From: Alphaproteobacteria bacterium
Lineage (GTDB): Bacteria; Pseudomonadota; Alphaproteobacteria; UBA9219; RGZA01
Direction of reading: 5' to 3'
NCBI GenBank assembly: GCA_028278105.1
Contig: JANQEX010000003.1
Coordinates: forward strand, 6,972 to 70,971
DNA: 64,000 bases
Positions 27,380 to 39,251 of this stretch are shown here, piece after piece (position 1 is the stretch's first letter; each line of letters begins with the position of its first letter). The translations under genes were made by a program, and so were the position numbers. The notes beneath the pieces are model-generated. The model had not been told where the DNA came from, searched no databases, and saw nothing but the letters and a program-made list of their open reading frames with translations.

Positions 27380-27817
27380 ATGGCAATGCTGGCCGCTCCG
27401 CGCGTCCGCATACGCGGACGCCGCGTCTCCTCCGCCATGAGCGAGATCAACGTCACCCCTTTTGTCGACGTGATGCTGGTGCTTTTGGTGATTTTCATGG
27501 TCACCGCGCCGCTTCTGTCGGTTTCGGTGCCGGTGGACTTGCCGAAAACCACGGGCAAGAACATCCCGTCCAACAAGCAGCCTCTGGTGGTCACCGTGAC
27601 CGCGAAGGGTGAAATCTTCATTCAGGAGACGCGCGTCGGCTTCGACAGCCTCGTGCCGCGCCTGAAAAGCCTGCAAGGCGTCGATCCCGGCATGCGCATT
27701 TTCGTGCGCGGCGACCGGTCGCTGACCTATGGCCGCATCATGGAAGTGATGGGCGCCTTGTCGGCCGCGGGCTTCAAGCATGTGGCGCTGGTGGCCGATC
27801 TGCCCAAGGCACGGTGA
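27380..27817 (+). CDS. tolR: Tol-Pal system protein TolR (ExbD/TolR)
   Basis: [22 protein letters not shown] segment with the conserved Asp; follows tolQ directly. Confidence 0.88.
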   Translation: MAMLAAPRVRIRGRRVSSAMSEINVTPFVDVMLVLLVIFMVTAPLLSVSVPVDLPKTTGKNIPSNKQPLVVTVTAKGEIFIQETRVGFDSLVPRLKSLQGVDPGMRIFVRGDRSLTYGRIMEVMGALSAAGFKHVALVADLPKAR

Positions 27818-27845
27818 GAGATGGAAGCTGCCTGATGATCCTTCC

Positions 27846-27935
27846 AAAAGAATTGGGGCGTCCCCGCGAAAGCGGGGACCCAGTTTGTTATAATAAAACT
27901 GGATTCCCGCTTACGCGGGAATGCTTGGTCATAGG
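27846..27935. repeat. GC-rich palindromic repeat units, approximate bounds
   Basis: GTCCCCGCGAAAGCGGGGAC and GGATTCCCGCTTACGCGGGAATGC hairpins. Confidence 0.6.
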
Positions 27936-27962
27936 GATCGCCCAGAACCGGGAAAAACTCCC

Positions 27963-28790
27963 ATGCAGGGCCATATGAAAAAATGGCTGGCGCTTTCCGT
28001 CCTGCTGCATCTGGCGGTGTTCCTGCTGGTCTGGCTGGGCCTGCCGCATATTCCCAGGCGCTTTCCCGAACCCATGCGGATCGTGCCGGTGGATATTGCC
28101 GGCACGCCGGACATCACCGCCGCGAAAAAGACGAAACCACGCAAAGCCGCCCCGGCCCCGCCCAAACCCAAACCGCCCAAGCCGCCGGAGCCGAAAAAGC
28201 CCAAACCCGCCAAGCCGCCTCCTTCCCCGAAGCCCAAGCCTCCGGAGCCGAAGCCACAGCCCAAAACCGAAAAAGCCGACGCGGCCATCCCGAAGCCCAA
28301 GGCCAAACCCAAAAAAAAGCCGCCCAAACCCAGGCCGCCGCAACGGGACGCGCTGGCCAGCATCCTGAAAAACGTTGCAAAAATGAAACCGCCGCCTTCG
28401 CCGCCGGACGCGGAAGGCCCGCCCAAAAAAGAGCCGCCGCCTGCCACGGCCGCGCCACAGGTTCCTGCTATGGCGGAACGGCTCAGCGTGAGCGAGGAGG
28501 ACGCCCTGCGCCGCCAGCTCGCGCAATGCTGGAACGTGCCGATTGGCGCGCGCGACGTGGAGAATACCGTTGTGGAGATTTACGCTTCCATCAATCCCGA
28601 CCGCACGATACGCGAAGCCGTGGTGGTGGATCAGGCCCGCATGGGCCGCGATCCCTTCTTCCGCACGATTGCCGAGTCGGCCCTGCGGGCGCTTTACAAT
28701 CCGCTTTGCAGCCCCCTAGCCTTGCCGCCGGAAAAATACGATGAATGGCGCGATACTCTGATGACCTTCAACCCCAGGGACATGTTCTGA
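27963..28790 (+). CDS. tolA: Tol-Pal system protein TolA (Pro/Lys-rich linker)
   Basis: N-terminal [20 protein letters not shown], a long (K/P)-rich domain II, and a C-terminal TolA/TonB-like domain. Position between tolR and tolB supports the call. The start codon is uncertain. Confidence 0.75.
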   Translation: MQGHMKKWLALSVLLHLAVFLLVWLGLPHIPRRFPEPMRIVPVDIAGTPDITAAKKTKPRKAAPAPPKPKPPKPPEPKKPKPAKPPPSPKPKPPEPKPQPKTEKADAAIPKPKAKPKKKPPKPRPPQRDALASILKNVAKMKPPPSPPDAEGPPKKEPPPATAAPQVPAMAERLSVSEEDALRRQLAQCWNVPIGARDVENTVVEIYASINPDRTIREAVVVDQARMGRDPFFRTIAESALRALYNPLCSPLALPPEKYDEWRDTLMTFNPRDMF

Positions 28791-30118
28791 TGCCCGCCTT
28801 GCCCCGCCTGCTGCCTGTTCTTGTCTTTTTCGCCGTATGGATGGCCGGCTCCCCGCCCGCCCACGCGCTGCTGAAGGTCGACATCACGCGGGGCACGGTC
28901 GCGCCCATTCCCGTCGCCATTTCGCCCTTCGTGGCCAAGGGCGGCGCCGCGGCCGGCACCGGGGTCAATATCGTTCAGGTCATCGCGCAGGACCTTGAGC
29001 GCTCCGGCCTGTTTCGCACGCTTGATCCTTCCAGCTTTATCCAGGACGGCGAAAGCCTCCAGGCGGGGCCCCGCTTTGCCGACTGGCGCGTCCTGAACGC
29101 GCAGGCGCTGGTAAGTGGCGCGGTCATGCCGCAGGCCGACGGCAGGCTGCGCGTGGAATTCCGCCTGTGGGACGTGTTCGCCGGACAGCAGATGACCGGC
29201 ATGGCCTATTTCACCACGCCGCAGAACTGGCGCCGCATCGCCCATATTATCTCCGACGCCATCTACAAGCGCATCACCGGCGAGAAAGGCTATTTCGACA
29301 CGCGCATCGTGTATATTTCGGAAACCGGGCCCGCGAGCCGCCGCGTCAAGCGCCTGGCCATCATGGACCAGGACGGCGCCAACCACCGTTTCCTGACCGA
29401 CGGGCGGACGCTGATCCTCACGCCGCGCTTTTCGCCCACGCTCCAGGAAATCACCTATCTGGCCTATTACAACAACAAGCCGCGCGTTTATCTGTTCAAC
29501 ATCGACACCGGACGCCAGGAGGCCCTTGGCGATTTTCCCGGCATGACCTTCGCGCCGCGCTTTTCGCCCGACGGCAAGAAGGTGATCTTCAGCCTGATCG
29601 AGCAGGGCGGCGACAGCAATATTTTCATCATGGACCTGCGCACCCGCCGCGTGACGCGCCTCACCAATCACCCCTCCATCAATACCGCGCCCTCCTTTTC
29701 GCCCGACGGGCGGCAGGTGACGTTTGAATCCAACCGCGGCGGCTCGCAACAGGTTTACGTGATGAACGTGGACGGCGGCAATGTGCGCCGCATCAGTTTC
29801 GGCAACGGCAAATTCGGCACGCCCGTCTGGTCGCCAAGGGGAGACCTGATCGCCTTCACCAAACAGCAGGGCGGACAGTTTTCCATCGGCGTGATGCGGC
29901 CCGACGGCAGCGGCGAGCGCGTTCTCACCTCCGCCTTCCACGCCGAGGGCCCCACCTGGGCCCCCAACGGGCGCGTGCTGATGTATTTCAAGGAGCGTCC
30001 CAACAGAAGCGGCAAAAGGGCGCGGCTTTATTCCATCGACATCACCGGCCACAACGAGCGCGAGCTTGTCACGCCGCTGGACGCCTCCGACCCCGCCTGG
30101 TCGCCGTTGATTCCGTAA
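28790..30118 (+). CDS. tolB: Tol-Pal system beta-propeller protein TolB
   Basis: Signal peptide [26 protein letters not shown], plus repeated PRFSPDG/PSFSPDG/PVWSPRG propeller motifs. Confidence 0.92.
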   Translation: MPALPRLLPVLVFFAVWMAGSPPAHALLKVDITRGTVAPIPVAISPFVAKGGAAAGTGVNIVQVIAQDLERSGLFRTLDPSSFIQDGESLQAGPRFADWRVLNAQALVSGAVMPQADGRLRVEFRLWDVFAGQQMTGMAYFTTPQNWRRIAHIISDAIYKRITGEKGYFDTRIVYISETGPASRRVKRLAIMDQDGANHRFLTDGRTLILTPRFSPTLQEITYLAYYNNKPRVYLFNIDTGRQEALGDFPGMTFAPRFSPDGKKVIFSLIEQGGDSNIFIMDLRTRRVTRLTNHPSINTAPSFSPDGRQVTFESNRGGSQQVYVMNVDGGNVRRISFGNGKFGTPVWSPRGDLIAFTKQQGGQFSIGVMRPDGSGERVLTSAFHAEGPTWAPNGRVLMYFKERPNRSGKRARLYSIDITGHNERELVTPLDASDPAWSPLIP

Positions 30119-30130
30119 CCGGCAAAGCCC

Positions 30131-31579
30131 CTACCCGTGGTTGTTGGCCGGTTGGGCCGGGCTGCCGCATCTGGCTTTAACTTGGATAAGAGTTTTAAGA
30201 GTTTCAGGCCCGTCGCTTTTGTCTTTGCCCCACAGAAATTTGGAATTGCTACGGACGCGCTCCGGGTCAAGACCTTGCGAAAATTCAACCGCCACCGCCG
30301 GCACTTTTCTTACCAAAGCACTCATGTCTGCCTCAAGGTACAGAAGACAAGGGCGCTTTTTCGTGATGCAATTGGGATCGTTATAATTCCTGATATAGTA
30401 AGGAACCATTCTATCGAGATAGGTCCCTTGGGCCAGATCGCACAGACGAGAGCCAAGACTTGCATTCTCGAATAGCTGCCAGGTGGCGAGATCCCCAAGA
30501 GCGCGCTCGGCCTTGTCCCTGTTATCGATGAGATCACGAAGCCTGCGCTCGGCTTCTTTTCTTTCGCCAGAATGAGGTGAACCCAGCATGGACATCAGTC
30601 TTGTATACTCACACGCTTTCTCTCCAAATACCTTTGCGATAGAGGGCCTTTTTACGCCTTCATACCTTTTTGTGGTTGGCCCGGCCGCGGATGAAAAATC
30701 GTCATGAGCCCGCCGGGTTGTGCTGCTGTGTTGGGGAGCCATTGCTTGTTGGGCAAAAGTTTCAAGCTGGTCACGAAACAGAAAATCTTTACGGAGGTAA
30801 TCTGGATTAAGTTTTTGCAAAAATCCAACTGCTACTGACGGCACTTTTTGTGTCAGTTCAAGCATCGCCATCCAGAGATTCGGGCGAGAATGCTTATGGT
30901 AATCGGGATCTTCCTCGTAATCAGGATCATTGAATATTTCGATATAATAAGGAACCATTTTTTTGAGATAGGCGTCCGGGGCATGCGTGAACAGATGATG
31001 GCTAAGCGCTGTCTGCCTGAATAGCCACAACTCGACGATATCCTCGATTGCGCATTCTGCTTGCCCCTTGTTTCGGATGAGCATGCCAAGCCCGCCAGCG
31101 GCTCTTCTTCTCTCTTCAACATCAACGTAACCCGGTTCAGAACGAGGAACCGGTGAATTCAGCAAGGCGCTCAGCCTTTTATATTCATCAGCCTTCTCTC
31201 CGAACACCTCTGCTCTTTTTGCTTTCCTCCCAGCCTCTGCTTTTTCAGCCGCGGCCCTTTCGCTTGCTTCCCTCTCAACCCTTGCTCTTTCAGCCGCGGC
31301 CTTTTTTTCTGCTTGCCTCTTGGCCTCCGCTTTTTCAGCCACGGCCACCTTTTTTGCTTTCCTCTTAGCCTCTGCTCTCTCATAGGCGGCGCGTTTATCT
31401 GGATCTTTCAATATCTCATAAGCTTCGTTGATTTCCTTGAATCGAACTTCCGCCACCTTATCTCCCGGATTACGGTCGGGATGATGTTTCATCGCCAGCT
31501 TGCGGTAAGCCGCTTTGAGGCCGGAATCCGATGCGCCGCGCGCAACGCCCAGAACTTCGTAATAATCTCTTTTCGCCAT
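30131..31579 (-). CDS. J-domain protein with charged K/A/E-rich linker and an internally duplicated unknown C-terminal domain
   Basis: N-terminal DYYEVLGV...[11 protein letters not shown] (HPD motif). The linker is AEAKRKAKK...[11 protein letters not shown]. Two paralogous segments of about 135-145 aa (aa 125-270 and 317-452) share VFGEKAxEYxRL and MVPYYI. GC is visibly lower than the tol genes. Confidence 0.75.
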   Translation of the reverse strand: MAKRDYYEVLGVARGASDSGLKAAYRKLAMKHHPDRNPGDKVAEVRFKEINEAYEILKDPDKRAAYERAEAKRKAKKVAVAEKAEAKRQAEKKAAAERARVEREASERAAAEKAEAGRKAKRAEVFGEKADEYKRLSALLNSPVPRSEPGYVDVEERRRAAGGLGMLIRNKGQAECAIEDIVELWLFRQTALSHHLFTHAPDAYLKKMVPYYIEIFNDPDYEEDPDYHKHSRPNLWMAMLELTQKVPSVAVGFLQKLNPDYLRKDFLFRDQLETFAQQAMAPQHSSTTRRAHDDFSSAAGPTTKRYEGVKRPSIAKVFGEKACEYTRLMSMLGSPHSGERKEAERRLRDLIDNRDKAERALGDLATWQLFENASLGSRLCDLAQGTYLDRMVPYYIRNYNDPNCITKKRPCLLYLEADMSALVRKVPAVAVEFSQGLDPERVRSNSKFLWGKDKSDGPETLKTLIQVKARCGSPAQPANNHG

Positions 31580-31840
31580 AGCCTTGCCTGATAATGTCCG
31601 TGTGAGACTATATCACACCGGCTTCGCGTTTTTACTTTCGGCCCTTAACCAAAATATCGTTCCGGTCTAAAAACATGATGGCCGACTCTGGCCATATCCA
31701 TTTACCAGACAAGGTCTTGTTTTTGCCGCTATTCGGTTCCATCTGTTTTTGCTATTCAATGCGGGGCGTACGGCGGAATCCCCTTTCGCCCGGTTCAACG
31801 GACATTTATACGCGGCCAAGGGCCGGCAAAGGAGACGAAA

Positions 31841-32362
31841 ATGTTTTTTCGAATTGCAAGCCTGATGGCGGCGCTGGTTCTGGTCACGGCCTGCGAATCC
31901 ACTCCCGACAGCGCCTCCGGCACCGTCAAGGGTTCGGGCACCATGGCCGGCGGCGCGGGCGGCCCCGGCGTTGCCGGGCATGTGCTGAAAAATCCCAACG
32001 CCAAGCCCGGCTCGGTGGAGGATTTCGTCGACAACATCGGCGACCGCGTTTACTTCGCCTTCGATTCCGCCGAGCTGACGCCCGAAGACCAGGCCACGCT
32101 CGACCGGCAGGCCGAATGGCTGGGCAAGTACAGCGCGGTAACCATCACCCTGGAAGGCCATTGCGACGAGCGCGGTACGCGCGAGTACAATCTGGCCCTC
32201 GGCCAGAAGCGCGCCAATGCCGCCAAACAGTATCTGGTTGCCGCCGGCGTTCCTTCCGGCCGGATCGAAACCATTTCCTACGGCAAGGAGCGTCCTGCGG
32301 TTCCCGGTCATAATGAAGAGGCGTGGGCCATGAACCGCCGCGCGGTCTCGGTCGTCAAGTAA
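31841..32362 (+). CDS. pal: peptidoglycan-associated lipoprotein Pal (OmpA family)
   Basis: Lipobox LVTAC. OmpA-like domain motifs YFAFDSAEL and EGHCDERGTREYNLALGQKRA. The RBS is AAGGAG. Confidence 0.92.
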   Translation: MFFRIASLMAALVLVTACESTPDSASGTVKGSGTMAGGAGGPGVAGHVLKNPNAKPGSVEDFVDNIGDRVYFAFDSAELTPEDQATLDRQAEWLGKYSAVTITLEGHCDERGTREYNLALGQKRANAAKQYLVAAGVPSGRIETISYGKERPAVPGHNEEAWAMNRRAVSVVK

Positions 32363-32382
32363 GGGCCGGACGCGGGTTTTCG

Positions 32383-32418
32383 GAAGGCGCGGGACAAACG
32401 GCCCCGCGCCTTCTTTTT
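32383..32418 (+). terminator. rho-independent terminator downstream of pal
   Basis: AAGGCGCGGG...CCCGCGCCTT stem followed by CTTTTTT. Confidence 0.6.
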
Positions 32419-32454
32419 TGCCCAAAAGGCTGGCATGATCTTGCATGGAGGATA

Positions 32455-32713
32455 TTGCCGTCATTGCGAGCCACGCGGATAGCGGGGCGAAGCAATGCAG
32501 AATATTTAATGAACATTCCGGGCAAGCGAGCCCCGGCGAAAGCCGGGGCCGCGCCGACCCGGAATCTCATTTGTTTTCTGTTCGAAGAATAAAACGGGAT
32601 TCCCGCTGGAGCCTGCCCCCGCGCCCGGCTTCGCCTGCGGCACCGCCGAGGTCTTGGCGCATGTGTCGCGCCGGAGCTTTTGCGGAGGCGGACAGGCGGG
32701 GGCGGGAATGTTC
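32455..32713. repeat. family A-related palindromic repeats, including an approximately 200-bp element with GAACATTCCGG...CGGGAATGTTC ends (32512-32713)
   Basis: Units GTCATTGCGAGCC...GGGGCGAAGCAATGC and GGGATTCCCGCTGGAGCCTGCCCCCGCGC are shared with other intergenic sites. Confidence 0.65.
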
Positions 32714-32817
32714 GTATTTGGTTATGCTGGATTGCTTCGGGAGCAAAGCTCCCTCGCAATGACGGCTTCGGACAATTTTTGCACAAGTTCTCCTGTTATT
32801 CCAAGGATGCATGGCCC

Positions 32818-33648
32818 ATGTTGCGATCTTTCCTGTTTTCCTCGTTCCTTGTGGCGGCGCTTGCGGCAACGCCTGTCCCGGCCCTTGCACAGTTCGACAC
32901 CGGAAGCGCGCCGCCGCCGCCGGGCATGGGCGCGCCCTATGCGGCTGCGGCTCCAACCGACCTTCAGGTGCGCATGAACGCGCTGGAAACGCATCTTCGC
33001 AACGTGACCGGCCAGATGGAACGCGCGGAATACCAGAACAACCAGTTGCAACAGGCCCTGCGGCGCATGAACACCGATTACGACGGCCGTTTCCGGCTTC
33101 TGGAGAAAAGGCTTGACGCGCTGGAGGCCCGCGCCGCCGCGCCGCCGCCTTCACCGCCGCCCGCCGCCCCGTCCGCCGTCATGGATGTCCCGCGGGAAGA
33201 GCCGCGCGCGGAGACGCCGGAACAGGTTCTGGGCACGTTTTCATCCGCCGGCGACGAGGAAGGCGCGCAAGCGCTTTATGACAAGGCCTTTGCCTCCTTG
33301 CGCCAGGCCCGCTATGGCGAGGCGGAACAGCTTCTGCGCCGGTTCCTGAAAACCTATTCCAGGCACCGCCTTGCCGAAAACGCCAAATACTGGCTGGGTG
33401 AAACCTATTACGTGCGCGGCAAGTTTCAGGACGCCGCCATCGCCTTCGCCGAAGGATTCCAGCGATTCCCCAAGGGCCGCAAGGCGCCCGACAATCTCCT
33501 GAAGCTCGCCATGTCGCTCGGAGCCAGCAACCAGAAAAAAGATGCCTGCACCACGCTGTCCGAATTGAGCAAGCGCTTTCCCAACGCTTCGGCCATTATC
33601 CGCAACCGGGCCGCGCAGGAGAAGAGAACGCTTGGCTGCGCGTCATGA
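32818..33648 (+). CDS. cpoB: Tol-Pal system protein CpoB/YbgF (coiled coil + TPR)
   Basis: Signal peptide MLRSFLFSSFLVAALAATPVPALA, a coiled-coil region, and C-terminal TPR YWLGETYYVRGKFQDAAIAF. Located downstream of pal. Confidence 0.85.
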   Translation: MLRSFLFSSFLVAALAATPVPALAQFDTGSAPPPPGMGAPYAAAAPTDLQVRMNALETHLRNVTGQMERAEYQNNQLQQALRRMNTDYDGRFRLLEKRLDALEARAAAPPPSPPPAAPSAVMDVPREEPRAETPEQVLGTFSSAGDEEGAQALYDKAFASLRQARYGEAEQLLRRFLKTYSRHRLAENAKYWLGETYYVRGKFQDAAIAFAEGFQRFPKGRKAPDNLLKLAMSLGASNQKKDACTTLSELSKRFPNASAIIRNRAAQEKRTLGCAS

Positions 33649-35024
33649 GCGCGGGTTTCCGCCGCGCCGCGCCGGCGGGGCCGGTCGGCGATGATGAATT
33701 CGCGGGGCTGATGGCGCTGTGCGGCAAATGGGAGGCTCCGCTTTCCTTCGCCGTGGCCGTCTCCGGCGGGCCCGACAGCATGGCGCTGGCGGCCTTGCTG
33801 CACGGCTGGCTCGCCGCGCGCGGGGGCGCGCTTCTGGCGCTGACCGTCGATCACCGCCTCCGTCCCGCCTCCGCCCCGGAAGCGGAAGAGGCCGGGCAAC
33901 GCCTTTCGCGCCTTGGCATTCCCCAGCTTGTTCTCCGCTGGGACCATGACGCGCCGCCCCAAAGCGGCATCCAGAAAAAGGCGCGCGCGGCGCGTTACGC
34001 GCTGCTGACCTCTGCCTGCCGCGAAAGAAACATTCCCTTCCTTTTTCTGGCCCATCATGCCGACGACCAGGCCGAAACGCTGGTGATGCGCATGGAACGT
34101 TCCTCCGGACCCGACGGACTGGCCGGCATGCCGCTTTGCCGCGCGGAAGACGGCGTGACCCTGCTCCGCCCGCTTCTGCCGCTGCGCAAGGCGCGGCTGG
34201 AAGCGACCTGCGCCGCGCGCGGTATCGGCTTTGCGCGCGACCCGTCGAACGGCGCCCTGCGATTCATGCGCGCCCGGCTGCGGGCATGGAACGCGCCGCG
34301 TCCTGACGTGGAGCGCATCAACGCCCTGTCGCTGCGCGCCGGCCTGACCCGCGCGCATCTTGAAGAATCCTGCAACCAATGGCTTGCCCTTTTCGCCACG
34401 GCGGATGCCTTTGGCGGCATCCGGTTCGATCACAAGGCCTGGCGGGAGTTGAGCGGGCCGCTGCGCGCCCGCGCGCTCGACCGCGCCCTGCTCTCGGCCG
34501 GAGGGAATGATTACGCGCCGCGCGGCAAGGCCCGCGCGCGCCTGATGGAAGCGTTGATGCAAAACGGACCCGTGCAAAAAACACTGGGGGGTTGTTTTAT
34601 CACCCTCCACGGAGGACAAATCACTCTTCACCGTGAGGCCGGGCTGATTACGCATGACGCGCCGCTTGCGGCCTTCGTCGCGCGCCTGAGCCGCTGGGAC
34701 AACCGCTTTTCCTTTTCCTTTCCTGAATCCCTGAAAAATGAGGAGCTGCGCGTCGCCCGGCTTGGCGGCGCCAGCCGGAAGCTTCTTGAGAAAATGGGAG
34801 CCGGCCCGATTGCGGCGCTGCCCGCCCGTCCGCGCGCGGGCCTGCCCGCCTTATACCGGAACGCCGAATTATTCGCTTTTCCCGACTTTGTCGCCGGCGC
34901 GCCCCTTTTATCCAAGGAGTCCGTTGTAACCGCTGGATTTTTTCCAAAAAGACCCTTACAAATCATGCCTTTCCGGCCCGCGGCTTATCCCGTGCCTGAG
35001 GAAGGCCTTTTTGACGTTGCTTAA
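33645..35024 (+). CDS. tilS: tRNA(Ile)-lysidine synthase
   Basis: PP-loop VAVSGGPDSMAL and LAHHADDQAETLVMR motifs. Confidence 0.85.
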   Translation: MSAGFRRAAPAGPVGDDEFAGLMALCGKWEAPLSFAVAVSGGPDSMALAALLHGWLAARGGALLALTVDHRLRPASAPEAEEAGQRLSRLGIPQLVLRWDHDAPPQSGIQKKARAARYALLTSACRERNIPFLFLAHHADDQAETLVMRMERSSGPDGLAGMPLCRAEDGVTLLRPLLPLRKARLEATCAARGIGFARDPSNGALRFMRARLRAWNAPRPDVERINALSLRAGLTRAHLEESCNQWLALFATADAFGGIRFDHKAWRELSGPLRARALDRALLSAGGNDYAPRGKARARLMEALMQNGPVQKTLGGCFITLHGGQITLHREAGLITHDAPLAAFVARLSRWDNRFSFSFPESLKNEELRVARLGGASRKLLEKMGAGPIAALPARPRAGLPALYRNAELFAFPDFVAGAPLLSKESVVTAGFFPKRPLQIMPFRPAAYPVPEEGLFDVA

Positions 35025-35084
35025 TCTTTGCCGGGCACTATCTCTGGAACAAGGGCCATCGCATATGGACTGCGAAGAAAATAA

Positions 35085-35215
35085 CCAGGCGTCCCCGCCC
35101 CTGCTTTCGCAGGGGTAAACTCCAGCGGGGACCCAGTTTGTTTAATGATAAAAGCGGCGCTATGCGAAAGACCTCGGCGAAGCCGGGTGCGGGAATGTCT
35201 CCGGTTGGCGTGTTT
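35085..35215. repeat. GC-rich palindromic repeat units, approximate bounds
   Basis: GTCCCCGCCCCTGCTTTCGCAGGGG...CTCCAGCGGGGAC...GGGTGCGGGAATGTC, the same units as at 14040-14090. Confidence 0.6.
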
Positions 35216-35287
35216 TTGCTCAAATGTGGTAGTCTTGCCATTGGAAAAAAAGGATAGACGCAACTCCCAAGCAAGGTTGGAAACATC

Positions 35288-37219
<1,932 letters not shown>

Positions 37220-37224
37220 CAAAG

Positions 37225-38967
37225 CTACCCGCAAGCCGGCCACGCCACTTGTTCTATTTTTTCCCGAAACTTGCGTTTGCTGTTGTTCCGTCCGTCTTCA
37301 TACCGCCTGGCGGCCGAGGCGTGCTTTGCCATACCAAGGCAGCACCTTACGGGCTCACCGGCATCCAGCGCTTCAAGTCTTTGTATCAGGACGTCGATAC
37401 AAAAACGTTTATAGGCGTTATCAAACCTGTGCAAGCGAATGGTATCGCGTATGTTCCTGTCTATGGACTTGCGCCAGCTTTCCTCCCGTGTCGCGCAGCG
37501 CAGAATGGTTTGTAATTGCGCCCAATTTTTTTCCCGGAGCAGATAGCCGATGGCCACGGGCACGAACGCGGCTTCGTCGCCATTCCGCCAGTTTTTGTCG
37601 CGCGCCTGATGGCACAGCATGTGGGAAAGGGCGCGTTTGCCCATAAACCTTTTCGAACCATAATTTTCCGCGGCCAGCGCCCCCAGCAGGGGCATGATGT
37701 CCCCGCCCGTGATCTCCTTGCGCCATTCGGGAACTTTTGAAGCAATGGCAAGAATGCGCTGGGCCTCGGCCGCCGACCCGGCGGCGCAGGCCGTGGCGAC
37801 GATCTCCGCGATAAATCGCCCGGATACCAGCCTGCGTTCCGCCTTGTTTCCGGCAAGGACTTGCACATCCCTTGAGGCATTTTCAAAATGTCCCGTTTGG
37901 GCGTCGTCCTCTTCTTCCCCGCGGGCGATGCTTTCCCGCGCATCCTCGATCAAGCCTTCAAATCTCTTCTCGAATGACCGGGCCAGCGCCCCTTCCGAAA
38001 AAAAGCTGGGCGCATGAGGCAGCCCATGCATCGCCTCATAAAAGCGACGGCCCGCATAATCCCTTTCGTCCTGCTCTGCCGGCAAGACCTGCCGGATCAC
38101 GTCCAGGATTTCCGGATAGGCGCGCAACAGACCGCACAAATTAACGTCATCATCTTTTTCGTTTGTCGTGCTTGCGTTTGACCCGTCGATGCGAAAACGG
38201 GCGCCGCCAGCGATTTCAACCTGCAACAACCGAACCGGTTCGTCCTCCCTGACCCACCAACGGGTACCCTTTTCATAGGCAGCGGCGGCTTCATGACTTA
38301 CGATTAAATAGACGCGCAGCCTTTCAGAATGATGCAAAAGGCCGACACCACGCTTCAGATGGTCCCGGTCCCGTTCCTCGAAACCGGCCGCCGCGAATTC
38401 GCGGCGGTCTTTGCAAAGATCGACATAGTCTTCCAGATCTGCGGTATACCGGAAAGCCTTTAGCGGATCGCCGCTTAAAGGTTTCTTGTTCGAGCCACGG
38501 GAGATTATGCATAGCCGCTCATAGGGAGGCACTCGTGGAATGCCCCCTTCTTGTCTTAGCTTGTGAAATTTCTCCAACGTCTCTTTATATCCGCCAAGAT
38601 GATTGATATGAAGCTTCTCATTAAAAAAGTCTCTACTGATATAGGAGTAATAATCACTCTCCTCCGTCGGAGCGGCCTGTTGAAGAGTCCGGAAGACAAA
38701 GGCGGCAAAGTTTTCTTTTTCCGCGGGAGAAAGCTCGGGATATTCTTCTTCCCAGATTTCCCGAAACTCTCTGCCCTTGACCTCAAGATACCGCCCGGAG
38801 AAAAAAGCGCGTACCCATCCCTCTATGCTTGCGTGCCTGGCGATTCTAAAATCGTCCTCAAGAAACCAAGCCCGAAAATTCCTGAAGTTTTGATCTGCCG
38901 GCAAGACTGAAACACTCCCCCTCAATATGCGCGCATCGTAAATCAGCCGCCGGAACAATCGCAACAC
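37225..38967 (-). CDS. hypothetical protein (580 aa), no recognisable domain
   Basis: Long uninterrupted ORF, convergent with ftsH with a 5-bp gap. GC is visibly lower than in its neighbours. Confidence 0.55.
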   Translation of the reverse strand: MLRLFRRLIYDARILRGSVSVLPADQNFRNFRAWFLEDDFRIARHASIEGWVRAFFSGRYLEVKGREFREIWEEEYPELSPAEKENFAAFVFRTLQQAAPTEESDYYSYISRDFFNEKLHINHLGGYKETLEKFHKLRQEGGIPRVPPYERLCIISRGSNKKPLSGDPLKAFRYTADLEDYVDLCKDRREFAAAGFEERDRDHLKRGVGLLHHSERLRVYLIVSHEAAAAYEKGTRWWVREDEPVRLLQVEIAGGARFRIDGSNASTTNEKDDDVNLCGLLRAYPEILDVIRQVLPAEQDERDYAGRRFYEAMHGLPHAPSFFSEGALARSFEKRFEGLIEDARESIARGEEEDDAQTGHFENASRDVQVLAGNKAERRLVSGRFIAEIVATACAAGSAAEAQRILAIASKVPEWRKEITGGDIMPLLGALAAENYGSKRFMGKRALSHMLCHQARDKNWRNGDEAAFVPVAIGYLLREKNWAQLQTILRCATREESWRKSIDRNIRDTIRLHRFDNAYKRFCIDVLIQRLEALDAGEPVRCCLGMAKHASAARRYEDGRNNSKRKFREKIEQVAWPACG

Positions 38968-39030
38968 AAAACAGATACATAAATCCGGGGTGAATCGATG
39001 ATTTGGATGCTAAACGGAGCGGCGGCCTGA

Positions 39031-39220
39031 TAGGGTCTGAACTCAATTAGAAATGAATCAAATCAAACAGATAACTGCTCATTCCGGCGAAAGCCGGAAT
39101 CCAGCAACCGCCGTAGGCGGTTGCATGAAGCCTCCGGCTTCATGCTGGACCCCGGCTTTCGCCGGGGTGAGAAGTTGTTTTTTTGAGTGAAAAGCTTGTT
39201 TAATTGAGTCCAGACCCTAG
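39031..39220. mobile_element. MITE with 17-bp terminal inverted repeats flanked by TA (IS630/Tc1-mariner-like signature)
   Basis: Left end TA-GGGTCTGAACTCAATTA (39031-39049); right end TAATTGAGTCCAGACCC-TA (39201-39219), matching at 16 of 17 positions. The interior has no ORF and contains GC-rich hairpins. Confidence 0.6.
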
Positions 39221-39251
39221 TATTTGCTCTTCCGTTTTGAGTGTTTTTTCA

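Noticed and set aside
27921-28790. Extreme Pro/Lys-rich low-complexity tract and the multiple overlapping ORFs across tolA.
   Set aside because: A long (K/P/A/E)-rich domain II is normal for TolA. The overlapping ORFs in other frames and on the other strand are by-products of the repetitive CCG/AAG-rich DNA.
31153-31383. Short ORFs on both strands with repetitive Leu/Pro/Ser or Lys/Arg/Gln-rich translations.
   Set aside because: These are alternative-frame readings of the repetitive DNA that encodes the K/A/E-rich linker of the J-domain protein.
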